Below are positions 41,140-41,775 of a stretch of 41,775 bases of DNA, one piece after another. The translations under genes were made by a program, and so were the position numbers. This DNA is from Escherichia phage C130_2. The DNA is taken from sequence record MH363708; one strand, written 5' to 3'. The notes beneath the pieces were generated by a model. That model was not told the DNA's origin. It was given only the letters and a program-made list of their open reading frames with translations, and ran no database searches. Within the stretch, counting starts at the first letter, position 1, and every line of letters begins with the position of its first letter.

Positions 41140-41496
41140 TTAACGCCCCTGTGCTGCGTTGCCAACGCTTCTGACGGCTTCCGCATAGCTGCGTTTGGCG
41201 ATTGCCTCGGCCTCTTTGCGGGAGTACCCACGGCGCATAAGTGACGCCGTACCTTTGGCGATCAGACGCGCCTTTTTCTCTTTGCGTGTCTCGCCCTCTT
41301 TGCGGTCTGGCACGTCAGGCGGTGTGCCCATCATGGCACGCTGCATGGCTGCGCGTGGCTTCACAATACCGGCGTTGATCGCCTCCTGCCGGATGTTATC
41401 GGCGCGCATCTTCTGGATCGGCTCTGGTATCACTTCGGCTTTTTGTTTCGAACTGATCACCATGTTAACCAATGCGCTGATAATCCCTCGTTTCAT
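41140..41496 (-). CDS. Hypothetical basic protein (118 aa), first gene after the terminator hairpins
   Basis: ATG at 41496 preceded by TGAGG 9 nt upstream; the track ORF extends further but this is the first ATG with an RBS. The window begins at the reverse complement of its first two codons (ATGAAA). Confidence 0.5.
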   Translation of the reverse strand: MKRGIISALVNMVISSKQKAEVIPEPIQKMRADNIRQEAINAGIVKPRAAMQRAMMGTPPDVPDRKEGETRKEKKARLIAKGTASLMRRGYSRKEAEAIAKRSYAEAVRSVGNAAQGR

Positions 41497-41775
41497 CGTC
41501 TTTGCCTCATTGTTTCGTGAATGTGTGGTGAGCGTACAACAAAGGGGCCGCAGCCGCAAGCCCCTTGATATCCTCCCAGCGAGGCTGGGCTTAAATTGCC
41601 CTGTCGCTGCTCTTCGCCAGGTGTCCACCTTTGCCGATCCAGGCGCTGGCGCGCTGGTATTCGCTGGCGATCAACTCGTCGGTAACATACAGCCCGCCCC
41701 GATGATATGCCGCGTTAAACTCCGGCGATTCGTTGTAACCACGGCTCATAGCGTCTGCTATGGCTTCCAGCGCCT
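41491..41775. repeat. Terminal exact repeat, right copy (identical to 1-285)
   Basis: Same 285 bp as the window start; duplicates the 3' end of the 101-1222 gene, its terminator hairpins and the first two codons of the 41140-41496 gene. Confidence 0.9.

Noticed and set aside
1-41775. CRISPR arrays, tRNA genes and integrase / attachment sites
   Set aside because: No regularly spaced direct repeats, no cloverleaf-like sequences in the intergenic regions I inspected, and no ORF with a tyrosine or serine recombinase signature. A tRNA could still be missed without a dedicated scan.

Overview
The window reads as a complete, circularly closed ~41.5-kb dsDNA phage genome: positions 1-285 are repeated exactly at 41491-41775, so the unique length is about 41,490 bp. 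Everything here is from reading the sequence and the ORF track by eye; no database search was run, and all homology calls are recalled motif or sequence similarity that needs confirmation. Gene content points to an enterobacterial podovirus with a P22-like virion module but a non-lambdoid early/replication region. Layout: (i) minus strand 41496->20731, late operon: small proteins, large terminase, portal, a two-gene insert, scaffold, coat, gp4/gp10/gp26-like tail hub and needle, ejection proteins (one with a lytic transglycosylase domain), tailspike with a P22-like head-binding N-terminus; (ii) plus strand 14846-20690: SF2 helicase, VRR-NUC nuclease, PD-(D/E)XK exonuclease, ERF annealase, SSB, HNH endonuclease, XRE-type HTH protein; (iii) minus strand 14782->8091: primase-like protein, dUTPase, Dam-like N6-adenine methyltransferase, a truncated DnaN (beta-clamp) homolog, small zinc-ribbon and Myb-like proteins, an Ig-like-domain protein; (iv) plus strand 3837-8078: small early proteins of unknown function, then a pinholin / SAR-endolysin / nested-spanin lysis cassette; (v) minus strand 3666->101: a P-loop replication protein beside an iteron plus AT-rich origin-like region, two small proteins and a membrane coiled-coil protein. 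No integrase, tRNA, CRISPR array or polymerase gene was recognised. The most interesting signals are: a recurring bipartite promoter-like element (inverted repeat TAGCAC-N5-TGCTA, then 18 bp, then CATATATAGT) in front of at least six transcription units; a half-length beta-clamp homolog; a protein in the late operon ending in an SSB-like acidic tip (DFDPDIPF); a 16-bp palindrome shared by the scaffold-gene leader and another leader; and a small membrane ORF transcribed antisense inside the structural operon.
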